Source of the DNA: Amphiscolops sp. MND2022
Taxonomy: Eukaryota
Reading direction: 5' to 3'
NCBI GenBank assembly: GCA_964187785.1
Contig: OZ076409.1
Location: forward strand, 32,986,001 to 33,050,000
DNA: 64,000 bases
Positions within the stretch are counted from its first letter, which is position 1, and every line of letters starts with the position of its first letter. Under the pieces are notes generated by a model. That model was given only the letters and a program-made list of their open reading frames with translations. It had not been told where the DNA came from and made no database searches. Below, piece by piece: positions 12,187 through 24,931 of this stretch. The position numbers were made by a program, and so were the translations under genes.

Positions 12187-15100
12187 TGGAGAACTATCAA
12201 GGAAGCGTACCGCTAGGTTTCATTCCCTTCTGTTTAGAGAATCATGATACACCAACCTCATCCCAAATTATCGAGTCTGAAAAAATAGTGGCTGCTGACA
12301 ATAGGTCAGGGAAAACAGTTGCTGCGGGCAATACACCTGCACCACCACTTCTCCCAGATTTCTCTCCTTGTAGGATAGTGAGCAGGACGTCACTGCTTAT
12401 GCCGAGTCCGTTGTTGAGAAGATCGAGCAAGCCGAACAAGCAAGCCGAACAAGCAAGCCGAACAAGCAAGCCGACTCACCGCAGAGTTGCCATCGAGTGA
12501 TGTTCCTGATCGTAGCCTTCCGGATCCAATAATTGCAGACTTTAACCAGGGCTTTGAGCGGTCTAGTACCTATACCAGTCCCTGGATGTGGGAATACTGT
12601 AGCCAATTTATCCGGATTAGAATCTGTTCTGGACGTTGCCACTACTTCTAGTTCACTGCTACCAGAACTACGTTTAGTATCACACTCGGCACTACAAACC
12701 CAGGAACAAGCCCCAGGCCCAGCAGACGAGGACACCACCTAATCGGTCCAGGATGCTCCAGCCTTACCCAGCGGGCAACCAAAAGCGCGCTTCCCACTGA
12801 GCCAAAGTGGAATAGACAGTTCTGCTGAGAATACATCTCACTTTGACGTCTTTGAACTGTAGGGTCAAAAGCCAGTAGACATGGAATCAGGGACTGATTG
12901 GGGGATATGAGTCAGGCTTTTGTACCTGTCGACAGGGACTAGAGGAGACCAGAATCCCTGCCATCCCAGTAGAGGCGTATGGACTTCCTCAGCTGTCAGG
13001 ACGAAGCAGAGCTTTGCTCAAAAGACATTCCGAAGAAGCCGACGCATTCAGATTGCCAGTTGGACACCCCACTATAGCATTCACGGAGTCCCAGGTATAC
13101 AACCTTCTCAGAGGGGTTACAGACGAGACTTTGAGGATGTCGTGCTCGACAATGGAGCGGATGGTCCTGGACGCTGTTAGAGGAACCCCCACTATCGCTC
13201 CTTCGAAGACAGACCAATTTCGGACTAGAGGCCGGGCTCAGACTCCTGCACGAGGGCATGAAGAGGACTCAAGTATGAGTGAGACAGACAGTGATCCAAA
13301 TGCTCAAACTGGGGTCGACAGTTCTGATGGGATGCGTGAGTCTTCTTTTTTGGGCGAAAGCGACAGCGATATAGAGATGGCCTTGATTTCTGAGACCTTC
13401 AAACAGGCCCCAACGTTGCCCAAATTTGCTTCTTCCACAAGTGTTCCCCTAACCGACAACAAACTGAAGAAGCTGAAGTCAGTGGGATCAGCAGTCATCT
13501 GGTCTGGTGCCATATGTGCAAGAAAAATTTCTCCTTCGAAACAAAAGGAGGCTTCGAAATACTTCGCCATCATCGCTCGGAAAGACATCTCCGGTGTGAT
13601 CAGCGGTGGCGGTATGAGCACTTAAAAAGTACCGATCCAGTCAGCGGGAAGACTCAACACCGTGTCCGAGGACGGAACAGTAAAATATTGACGAAGATGG
13701 AATTGGCAAAAGAACTCCCCAAATTCATCCATGTGGAGTTAGTTGACGTTGGTGAGCGGTTCCCATTTCATGAAGATTTCATAAACGGAACAACTACTGC
13801 CGTGGTAACCCCAGAATCCCGTACACGAAGACAGTTTTGCTTGATTGGGGATTTCATCCACACGCACGGTGACCTATCAGTCTTGCGGAATTCGTGGGCT
13901 AGAGTGGGCTCTTACAGCAACCACCAAGCTGCTTTTTGCGATTTCGATTGGGGAGAAGAACGTCTGTGCGTAAGTATTGTCACCTAGGGTACCTCTTCGA
14001 GGATTAAACTACTTGAGATAACCCTAATTTGTCCCTTTTAGGCAATTTTCCAACATATCTTCAACTCTGCCTTGGGAGACGTCGCTGAACAGATAATGGC
14101 CCAACAGTGTTTCGGCATTGAGTTCGAAAATGACGGAGTCTACCACTACCTGTCTGCACTATTCTGGAAAGGCACAGAACTATGCCGCATTTACATCTAC
14201 AGAAGCTCTCTTCCCTCTTCAGATCTGGCTGGAGAGATGCGGTCCTTGTCCAGACTTCGTTCCGTGGCATCTACCCATTGGGAGATTGTAGCCTGTTCTG
14301 GATGTCCTGCTGACTTGATTCGAGTCATTGATTGCTCTGAGTTCTTCACTCGCGGAGTACAGAGGCACCTACGGTACCTGATGCACAAGTCCAGCTACAG
14401 TGTCTTCGGACATATAGATTTCTTCTCTGTGCTCCAGGCTCTGCTTGTGTCTATAGGCGGGTCCCTCAATGAGGAATGGGCATTGCGCAGTCCAGAACTC
14501 TCCAAGGTAAACAATTTCCCATATGTATTCTTATGATCTGTTGTATGATGCAAAAAAGGGGAAGAGGTAGGAATAAGGACAAGCCTCTTCATCGACTCTT
14601 GTATCTTTTCATGTTTAGGCCCTTGCTTCTTGCAAACTGGAACTTCTGACGCTCCCCACATTATGCCGAGAACTCATAGCTGAATGGAAATCAGTGGCTC
14701 GGTATTTGTCCGTCTATGCACCTAGACAAGAAGGACAGGGTTCACGCAATAAAGTTAGTTGTTTTCATACACACTCCGTCATTTGGACCAATTAGGCGGA
14801 TGTTTCATTCTAGGACACTACAGGGGAGGCGACTTTAGAATTCATTCCCTAATTTCGTTTTAGGTGCAAAGTTTCGAATGGTCCCTCATCTGCGATGAGT
14901 TTTTTGTTGTCAAACTGGAACTCTTCTACAAACTCATTGGAGATTGTTAGTATCTATAGATAATGAGTTAAGCCTTGTCAGTAGGCCTTTTATGGCCAAC
15001 GTTGATTTGTGTTCACAGATGTGTCCAGTTTCGAAGTAAATCTCCAGTATAGACGGGATGTCTCTTTCTTCCTCTGCGGGGAAACAATCCGGTTTCTCTA

Positions 15101-16160
15101 CAAACTGTTTTCTCGCTGTTACACTCCCGACACTGCCCCGTTGGAAAATGCTTGGTTCTTGCTGCTAAAGTTCCACACGAGTGAAGCAACCTTCATGGCT
15201 GGTGATGAACTCCTGTTGCGACTCAAACTTACTAACAGAGTGACTACTTCCAATAAAGCAAGGGCTGAGGGGCTCCACTTTGACAAGAAGTCTGAACAGA
15301 CTGCTATTCAGAAGTCCGCAACAACCGTGAAGACTGGATTTATTGATGATGCACTTCACTATTTTCAATATTTGATCAACTCGGTACTACGCCAAACTGG
15401 TCTTAGCTCGGATATCATCAAGGGTCTCGCTGCTTTTGATCCCTTCATTATGTTCAAAAGGCCGACAGAAGTGGCCCTTCGCCATTTCGATCTTCTATAT
15501 AGTACCTTTTGTCTCCGTTCTTGGGTCACCAAAGCTAATGAGTCAGCCTGTCGAGACCAGTATACTGAGTTGCTTGACCATTTGAGGATTTGTTGAGACC
15601 CAGACTACGACCTGCCCAATTCGTCCTCAGATCTGATTGATTTCCTGCTTGGTCTTGAATTCCACCAATCTCGAGATCATCTGTTATACCTCTTCAATTT
15701 ATGCTGCCTGTGTGCTACTACACCCAGTCCAGACTACCCAGAAGTCATCGTAGGGAAGATTTCGACCGTTGGGCAACACAGTAGATTCACTGACGTCATC
15801 CTCCCTTGCCAGAGTTACATGGCTAGTTTGTCCGGTTCTTCAACACTTTGCAGCGACGACTCAAATTTGGCAAGATTTTCCTTGCTCAGCGCGTCCTTTG
15901 GTCAGTCAGCCTTCTCTTCCACCTGTGATCCATGGACTTATGTTGAAAAATTCGGAAGATCCAAAATTTACAAACCCTTATCGTCCTCCTATCGTGCCGT
16001 GCTAGCTGGCCCAGAGGAGGTTCTTGCCCGAAGTGTGGTAGATGATTCCGTTGCCGATGAGAGTGCATTGAAACCCCCTAGTAGTAACAAACACAGGAGA
16101 CGTGAGAAGAGTGGATCCCGTTCCTCTACTTCCTCTGTACCAGGAACTTCTAATTCTTAA
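12187..16160 (+). pseudogene. Antisense, intron-containing gene inside element A: BED-like Zn finger plus hAT-transposase-like body
   Basis: WCHMCKKNF...EILRHHRSERH finger at ~13505-13590. GT-AG introns at 13970-14041, 14507-14618, 14754-14863 and 14946-15018 join the ORFs in frame through to the stop at 16160, with one in-frame TGA at 15594-15596. The 5' part is frameshifted and the start is uncertain. Confidence 0.75.
12424..12473 (+). repeat. 13-bp tandem repeat (GAACAAGCAAGCC) about x4
   Basis: Read directly. Confidence 0.8.
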
Positions 16161-16223
16161 GTGTACATTTGTACATTTGTACACTTTCAGACTGTAAACT
16201 TTGTTCATTTTTGTTGTTGTTAT

Positions 16224-19200
16224 CTATCTCCGTTTTGTTTCTTTGATCCCGTATTTATTAGGCCTGAGATTATATTTCCCTCCTCTAGGGCTCAGACTTT
16301 CATTTCTAGCATCATCTTCCGATATTCGGGCACGATAATATCATCCCCCCTGTTTGGAGAATTTCGTGCATCATTTTTATTCGTTGAAAATCTTTCTGAA
16401 AAAAATTCATCGTTTTTCAGTCCATCTGCCGTATTCGGCAAAAAATTTTTTTGATTTTTTGGGTAAACGGCCGGATTCGGCCAATCAGATTCTTCATTTC
16501 TAGACGCTTCACTAGCTTCATTTCTTTTAGTGACGTCATCATTTAATCTTTCATTCCGGCTATGCGCCGCACGGTCAGCGTAATTTGTTTCGTCTCTCGT
16601 GATTATGTAATCCGTTTCATTCTCGTGTGCGTCACTTGAATTCGTTTCTGCCGCATTCGGCCGTTCGCCATTCGGCAAGCTAGTCGGAATAGGTTCGTTA
16701 GCTTGCTGTTCACCAAAGTCTGTTTCCCACGTTATGGTATATAAGTCGTCTTGCGGAATGACAATTTCTTCATCAGGATGTAATCGCTGTTCTCGGAAAT
16801 TGTCCTCAAGCGGTTGATTAGGAACAATTTTTTAACGGCGAATCCAATGCAATGTTTGAGTCTTGTTGGTATTGATCCTTCGTACAATGTAAATTTCATT
16901 AGGTAAGATTTTTTGGACTATAAATGGTCCAACCCATCGATAATCTCGAAATGGAATTTTTGATCCTTGATGATCCGCTTTCGGCTGTAATACGAAACAG
17001 TATTAATTCTCCTTTAATGGAGCGGCTTTTACTTTGCGGTCATAGTATTCTTTGTACTTCATATACGACTGCATGATGTTTTGTTTCGTTTTGTCAATCA
17101 AGATTTTGTCCTGTTTTTGATTTCCTCAGCAAATTCGGTTGTTGGGTTGTTGGGTCGGCATGCATTCTCCACATGCCATTTTGAGGTTTGTTTTCAATGA
17201 GGCATGAGTCCGCTCCAATTTCCCAATTGGTTTCAGAAGTTTTGTCGTTGCGCATTTGAGTGTAATGCATTTGCGTAATTTCCGCAATATTTGTAGAAGT
17301 GAATGCAGTTCATTCGTCGTTGGTAGGTAAGAATGCTTGGTCATGATATCAATGGGTGCTTTTTCCCAGAAAGTTCTGTTTCTGGGGTTTGACGCCTTGT
17401 GGGGAAATTTTTCGTCCGAGAAATTCAATTTCGGTGGAACCAAAGTGACATTTGTGCATTGTCAACTTAAGGCCAGCTTCCTGAATGCGTTTGAAGGTTG
17501 CTCTCAGTTTGGCAATGAAGTGATCAGCATCATTGGCTGCGATGCCGATATCGGGCACACTGATCCGCTTTGATAATTTTATCAAGGAATTCCCTCATTA
17601 AACTCGAAAATGCGGACAGTGCCCGACTATTAGGTCTTGCGCCAAACGTCTGTAGGCAAATGTGAGACTGGCAAAATTGAAGGCCATCATTTCAATCGAT
17701 CGTTAGTTGGCCATCTGCAGGCAATGATATGCCTGTGAGCAATCTAATTTGCAAAAGAGTTTCTTGCCTGCCATATGTTGGGCAGCATCGACTAGAGTAC
17801 TAACAGGGTGATTATTGTTTATATAATCGTCCGAGATTAGGTTGTTGATTTTTCTCAAGTCAACCAGGAGTCGGAGTTTCCCGTTTGGTTTGTTTTGGGC
17901 AAATATTGGGCTGGCATATTTTGAAAACAGTAGTGTGGTGATGATGCCATATTTGTGTAGCATGGCTAGTTCGACAAGAATGTCCTCTTCAAATTTATTG
18001 GTGCTGGGAGGCTCCGGCTATAGGCTGGCGAATCGTCCTTAGGGGTCAGTTTCACCTTGAATTCCTCGTTCATGCCTATGTCGAATCTGTGTCTGGCGAA
18101 TATGTCGTGAAATTCCACTAAGAATTCCTCAATTTTTCCTTTTTCATCAGCCGATAGAGTAGAATCTTTCCAATCAAAGTTTTCCAGGAACTTTGCCCTA
18201 GATTCCTCATCTTTGGTGGGGCCGAGGGTTTCCAGGTCTTGTAGGGCCTGTAGTTCTCGTAGTATCCGTTTATGGATAGGTGTATGTTCGACTGGGTTTC
18301 CTGGGTTTTCTGGAGTTGGGAACCAAAAATTTTCAAAGTTTTGCGGGTTTTTTGTTAGTCATGTTAGACTACTGACGTAATGAGCTGTTTGTTCTTGGTC
18401 ATTTTGCAGAAAGTGCCAAGTTGATGCCGGATCCACCGGTTTGACGTCTTTCATCTGTTCAGGTGTCATTACCGAGGAATTGGCAATATGTCCCATTTTG
18501 AGTTTATAAGGGTGGTCTGTGAAATTGTTCACAGGTATCGATATACTGACATCATTCAGAGTGACCAAAGCTGAGCAAAAGGTGATGTCACCTTCTTCGT
18601 GTAGAAGGTCACTAGGTTGTAATATTCCAGTAACAGCATTCTTGGGATAAAGTTGGGAGTTGGTCCTAATTAAGATTCTGTCGTTTGGCGGAGTAGTGAC
18701 TTCTATTGGGTTATTTATTGGTTCTAGCACGTTGGAATATCGATGATCAGCTGTTTTGAGCTGCATCGAGAAGTATGGGAAGTTCAAAATTCTTTGTCTC
18801 ATGTCCAGAACTGTATGGTTTCGCTGAAGGAACATTAATCCAATGATTGGTCCCGTTAGGTTCTCCATCATGATGAAGATTTCGTGGAACTCGATATCAC
18901 CAACCTCAAATTTGAGCTCTATGGTACTCTTGGGAGTTTCCAATTGCCCATTTGCGACCATTATTTGAAAGTTCGGAGGCGGACCTTCACGGATAACAGA
19001 CTGTGGTGATAAAATTCGGATTTTCCGTAGGTCCATTCCAGGGATTGCACTGGATAATGCTCCAGTGTCGATTAGGCCGTCTATGGTCAATTCCCCAAAG
19101 TCCATCGGGAAATATAGCATTTGCTTCTTGCATTTGAGGTTGATTATGGTCGAAAGCGGTATACAATCTGGTTCACCCTCCCTGATTATAAGGACAGTTT

Positions 19201-22040
19201 GGAATTGTTTCTCGTCCTACAATGATTGTGGAATTACATCATTGGTAGTTCCAGGGTTCTCGGTTCCCAGAGGGTTTGGGAACACTAGATGGTTGGTACC
19301 GTCTTTCATATGCCAATTTTTGATCAGCGCTCTTGTTTTCTTGTTATGGGTTATTGGAGGGTTTTCGTGGACTGTTGTCTTATAGTGCTCGATATCGTCT
19401 AGGGCATATTGGAATTGTGATAGGTCCTGGTTATAGAGCTCGGTGTCCCAATAGGGATCTCTGCCATAGTCTGGGTCAATATATGTTGGAATGTAGTCGT
19501 CAATTAAGGGAATGGGCCTGAACCGGGTAATAAAGGTGGTTGTGTAATCAGGATCCCAAACAGAAATTGGTTTTTGGAACAAATGGGTATTGTTATAAGT
19601 ATTAATGATAGCATTTTCCATCTGTTGCTGCTAGACAACAGAGGGATAACCCATCAATTGTTGTTGATATTCGTGGAATGTTTTTGTTGAAGGATCCGAC
19701 ATGATTTTTTGTCGGACTGATACTAGGTGGTTGCATTGGAGTCGTGGCGAAGCTAGTTTTTTGACTCGACATTGGAAGATGAGGATTGAAAATTGGACGA
19801 TGTTGGCTTATTCTGAGGTTTTTGAGCATTGGAATTCGGTTTATTATCGTTTGAATCCTCAGATCTGGTGCGCCTGGGTTTAAGGTGTGCTCCTGCGCTA
19901 TGCCAACATCTTTCTTCCGGATGGTTCTTCTTGCCACAAGTCCCACACTCAGGACCCATAAAACTCGAAAATGCGGACAGTGCCCGACTATAAGGTCTTG
20001 TGCCAAACGTCTGTAGGCAAATGTGAGACTGGCAAAATTGAAGGCCAACTATTCAATCGATCGTTGGTTGGCCATCTGCAGGCAATGATATGCCTGTGAG
20101 CAATCTAATTTGCAAAAGAGTTTCTTGCCTGCCATATGTTGGGCAGCATCGACTAGAGTACTAACAGGGTGATTATTGTTTATATAATCATCCGAGATTA
20201 GGTTGTTGATTTTTCTCAAGTCAACCAGGAGTCGGAGTTTCCCGTTTGGTTTCTTTTGGGCAAATATTGGGCTGGCATATTTTGAAAACGGTAGTGTGGT
20301 GATGATGCCATATTTGTGTAGCATGGCTAGTTCGACAAGAATGTCCTCTTGAAATTTATTGATGCTGGGAGGCTCTGGCAATAGGCTGGCGAATAGGGGT
20401 CAGTTTCACCTTGAATTCCTCGTTCATGCCTATGTCGAATCTGTGTCTGGCGAATATGTCGTGAAATTCCACTAAGAAATCCTCAATTTTTCCTTTTCAT
20501 CAGCCGATAGAGTAGAATCTTTCCAATCAAAGTTTTCCAGGAACTTTGCCCTAGATTCCTCATCTTTGGTGGGGCCGAGAGTTTCCAGGTCTTGTAGGGC
20601 CTGTAGTTCTCGTAGTATCCGTTTATGGATAGGTGTATGTTTTACTGGGTTTCCTGGGTTTTCTGGAGTTGGGAACCAAAAATTTTCAAAGTTTTGCGGG
20701 TTTTTTGTTAGTCATGTTAGACTACTGACGTAATGAGCTGTTTGTTCTTGGTCATTTTGCAGAAAGTGCCAAGTTGATGCCGGATCCACCGGTTTGACGT
20801 CTTTCATCTGTTCAGGTGTCATTACCGAGGAATTGGCAATATGTCCCATTTTGAGTTTATAAGGGTGGTCTGTGAAATTGTTCACAGGTATCGATATACT
20901 GACATCATTCAGAGTGACCAAAGCTGAGCAAAAGGTGATGTCACCTTCTTCGTGTAGAAGGTCACTAGGTTGTAATATTCCAGTAACAGCATTCTTGGGA
21001 TAAAGTTGGGAGTTGGTCCTAATTAAGATTCTGTCGTTTGGCGGAGTAGTGACTTCTATTGGGTTATTTATTGGTTCTAGCACGTTGGAATATCGATGAT
21101 CAGCTGTTTTGAGCTGCATCGAGAAGTATGGGAAGTTCAAAATTCTTTTTCTCATGTCCAGAACTGTATGGTTTCGCTGAAGGAACATTAATCCAATGAT
21201 TGGTCCCGTTAGGTTCTCCATCATGATGAAGATTTCGTGGAACTCGATATCACCAACCTCAAATTTGAGCTCTATGGTACTCTTGGGAATTTCCAATTGC
21301 CCATTTGCGACCATTATTTGAAAGTTCGGAGGCGGACCTTCACGGATAACAGACTGTGGGGATAAAAGTCGGATTTTCCGTAGGTCCATTCCAGGGATTG
21401 CACTGGATAATGCTCCAGTGTCGATTAGGCCGTCTATGGTCAATTCCCCAAAGTCCATCGGGAAATATAGCATTTGCTTCTTGCATTTGAGGTTGATTCT
21501 GGTCGAAAGCGGTATACAATCTGGATCACCCTCCCTGATTATAAGGACAGTTTGGAATTGTTCTCGTCCTACAATGATTGTGGAATTACATCATTGGTAG
21601 TTCCAGGGTTCTCGGTTCCCAGAGGGTTTGGGAACACTAGATGGTTGGTACCGTCTTTCATATGCCAATTTTTGATCTGCGCTCTTGTTTTCTTGTTATG
21701 GGTTATTGGAGGGTTTTCGTGGACTGTTGTATTATAGTGCTCGATATCGTCTAGGACATATTGGAATTGTGATAGGTCCTGGCTATAGAGCTCGGTGTCC
21801 CAATAGGGATCTCTGCCATAGTCTGGGTCAATATATGTTGGAATGTAGTCGTCAATTAAGGGAATGGGCCTGAACCGGGTAATAAAGGTGGTTGTGTAAT
21901 CAGGATCCCAAACAGGAATTGGTTTTTGGAACAAATGGGTATTGTTATAAGTATTAATGATAGCATTTTCCATCTGTTGCTGCTAGACAACAGAGGGATA
22001 ACCCATCAATTGTTGTTGATATTCGTGGAATGTTTTTGTT
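16224..22040 (-). pseudogene. pol: Element A pol (PR, RT, IN C-terminus), inactivated, with a 2.3-kb internal duplication
   Basis: Protease LIDTGA in ORFs 18359-19120 and 20712-21473. RT ASPIFAQ.KPNGKLRLLVDLRKIN and KLDCSQAYH. The YxDD motif is deleted at ~17555 (DQCA..DIGIAA), and RNase H plus the IN core are deleted at ~17345. IN C-terminal WVGPF and terminal GGKYNLRPN are present. Confidence 0.9.
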
Positions 22041-22042
22041 GG

Positions 22043-23755
22043 CTAGTTTTGTGACACGACATTGGAAGATGAGGATTGAAAATTGGACGATGTTTGCTTA
22101 TTCTGAGGTTTTTGTGCATTGGAATTCGGTTTATTATCGTTTGAATCCTCAGATCTGGTGCGCCTGGGTTTAAGGTGTGCTCCTGCGCTATGCCAACATC
22201 TTTCTTCCGGATGGTTCTTCTTGCCACAAGTCCCACACTCAGGATAGGTTTTCTTCTGAGTCGATTTGCCTTGTTGGGCATCTTTCTCTTTTTTCTTTTT
22301 CAACTTTTCGCAGTCCTTGACCATATGACCCTTTTCCTTGCAGTAATTGCAAGTTATGTTTGACATTTGCCCAGTGGAAAGAGGAGTTTTGGGCATAGAG
22401 GATGAGGAAGTCATTGTTTCCATGGGTAGGTCATCTGACTCCTCGAGGGCATTAAGCTCTAGTTCTCTCTCCAACTGAGCAACTATTTCGTCGTTTGAGC
22501 CGTTTTCTAATCTGGCCATATTGACTGATCATTTGAGTTTAGGAGGCTGTTTTGCGTACAGGAGACTGTCAATCATTTTCTGTACATGGTCTCCAAACGC
22601 CTTTTCTACGCCTTGATTCAATTCTTCAAGGAAGTCTGGTAACTTCATTGTGTTTGGGTTAAAGACCAAACGGTGCCACTTATGTTTGGCGGTCGCCTGC
22701 TACTCAGGCTTGACGTATTTACGTCGAAAAATGATTAATACGTCCTCGAGAGTTCGTCTATTTGCTGAGCTGATGTTTCTGAACGTCTGAAGAGAATTTT
22801 TCCTCAGTAGGGAGTGAAAATGGTTTATTTTCATCTGTTCCGTCATTTCTGGCTCCATCTTGATCATGGTATGAAAACCATCTTCGAACAACTCAAAGTT
22901 CTCAATTTCGCTGTCAAAGGTCATAGTATTAGAATTGACCGGGTGTATGGTGAGTTGTTGGGCTGTTGGTCGATTCTGCATATTTGTCAAGACCTCTGCC
23001 GATGTGCTAATTGGGTCGGGATCGAGAGCCGTGGCAATTCTCTCTTGTGCTGGGATCGTCGTGTAAAGGTTGTTGTCCTTATAGGACTGATCGAGATGAT
23101 TTCGAGATGGTATACGTCCCGTGAGAAACCCAGGAACTGGATTTGGAGGTTCGTTTTCTCCTGCCATCATGTCATGAACATTATGACTAGATAAATCACC
23201 ATTTTGGTGGCCTTCGTCTTGTTCATTTCGCTGATTGTTCCTTGTATTAAAATTCCGCTGCACTTCGGGATTCGTTTCCGGTCTCTCAGCCGGAACGTCC
23301 CATCCTTTGCTAGTCACACGTCTTGATCCGGCCAAAATGACATTTTAAATCTGGGGTAAAACCTGATTACTTATAGCGTCATTTATGGCTCTTGGGATCT
23401 GAACACTGAAAGAATTCATCATCTCATCCATTTCTCTAGATATTCTAGAGTTCAGTTCACTCGACAATTTATTGATCTCAACCTGAGAACTCATATCAGC
23501 TGAATTTTGGCCGCAATCGGCAATTGTCCTGACATTAGAATTTCTATGATTAGAATATGAAGTTTCACCTTCATTTTCTAGATTGTTGCTCGCAACACTT
23601 TCATGTCTTCTGATAGAAGTGCTATCTAAGCTTTCATCCCTTTCAGTTCCATTGAAATGGTTTTCACCTAACATAATGTCAAGATTTTCAATGTCTGAGA
23701 GGATTTCTTAACCTCTTGATTTCCTTGCTTTCTTCTGCTTCCTGGTAGTAGGCAT
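22043..23755 (-). pseudogene. gag: Element A gag, disrupted, initiating inside the 5' LTR
   Basis: ATG at 23755 (MPTTRKQKKARKSRG), capsid-like FELFED.FHTMIKM...KINHFHSLLR, and two zinc knuckles CNYCKEKGHMVKDC and CGTCGKKNHPEERC. Confidence 0.85.
23158..23169 (-). promoter_or_regulatory. Putative degenerate primer-binding site of element A (tRNA-Leu-like)
   Basis: TGATGGCAGGAG immediately follows the LTR end (...CATGACA) and resembles TGGTGTCAGGAG/TGGTGGCAG, the complements of tRNA-Leu 3' ends. Confidence 0.4.
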
Positions 23756-24931
23756 GAAGACAAAACCGGATTCATTTATTTGAGACCGGAAAACTAACTG
23801 AGTTACTGTTTTTAAAAGCATCTTTACTAGATCGAGTAAAAAGGAAATAGTGGTCCTCCTAGGCAAGATATCTCAATATATACTCCCAGGAGAGTGACAC
23901 TCACATTTTTTTTGTTCACTAGTTAAGAATTGAAATCACATGATACATGACTTCTAAGGAAATATCCTGATATCTACATATTTCGGCAGTTTCAATCAAC
24001 AACCTTCGAAAGGTATCTTATCAGACTAATAACATCAAACAAATCATCAGTGAAAGTATTATCGCCGAAGTGTCAACAAATACCACTAGTCACATTCTTC
24101 ACAACGGAATGTGGTGAAGGCACGTGCTGACACACGCTTACTGCTAAGAGCATCAAGAAATAAAATACACTGATACATTTGGAGGTTTAATACAACCCAT
24201 TTTCTAATATTAGCATCTAAATAGTACATTTTCATATTATGGCCGGTTTGTCCAAAACCATAAGGTGGAACAATACATCAAAGGGGTATGGGGAAATGAC
24301 CTTAATTGTCCATTACTCTTGATCTGGTTTATTTGGTTATTAGTACAGCACACAAGCATCTATTTAGTGTAAAAGCACAAACATATCAACTCCGGTTAAA
24401 TACAGGCTTAACTAGCGCCAAAACGTCATAATACACAAATTAGCCGGAACCGGCCATTTGACCAAGGAATCAACAAAGGCAAGTTAAATTAAGTCAAAAG
24501 GCCTTGTTCGGCCAGAATTGAAAAAAAGCACCAATACAATAAATGAAGCGATCTGATTGGTTAATAACTGCACCGCGAGCTTTAACGCCGAGAAAGGACG
24601 TTTCCGCATTTGAACTCGTTTCCTTCTCGCAATTGAATTGTTTACTGCCTACTATTGTATCATTTCAATTTGCGTCTCGATTTTACATCTTTACAAATTT
24701 CATCAACAATCTGATTTGGATAATCCCAAATCGTAATTTTTAACAGACTAATAACATAATTAGCAACGTTCGAGATATTATGCTGGTAGGTAAAATAAAC
24801 GCAATTGTCAAATGTGAGTTTCAAAATTCAAAGGCTTACAGTCTAAATTGTAGGTAATTTACCTGGCATATTTTCCTGTCCTGTAGCTGATGTGGTTATC
24901 GTCGTGCCGTCACAGGCGGCAGCCTGTGACA
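23170..24931 (-). repeat. Element A 5' LTR
   Basis: On the minus strand it begins TGTCACAGGCTGCCGCCTGTGACGG and ends GTTCATGACA; it abuts the TSD GCTTC. Confidence 0.9.

Larger units (their letters stand above)
8702..24931 (-). mobile_element. Full-length Ty3/Gypsy LTR retrotransposon 'element A' with ~5.7 kb of 3' cargo
   Basis: Two ~1.75-kb direct repeats (8702-10441, 23170-24931), outer termini TGTCA...TGACA, 5-bp TSD GCTTC at 8697-8701 and 24932-24936, and gag-PR-RT-IN order on the minus strand. Confidence 0.9.

Noticed and set aside
12215..12237. Possible first intron of the antisense gene (GTTTC...TTTAG)
   Set aside because: Only ~21 nt and in frame; too short to call.
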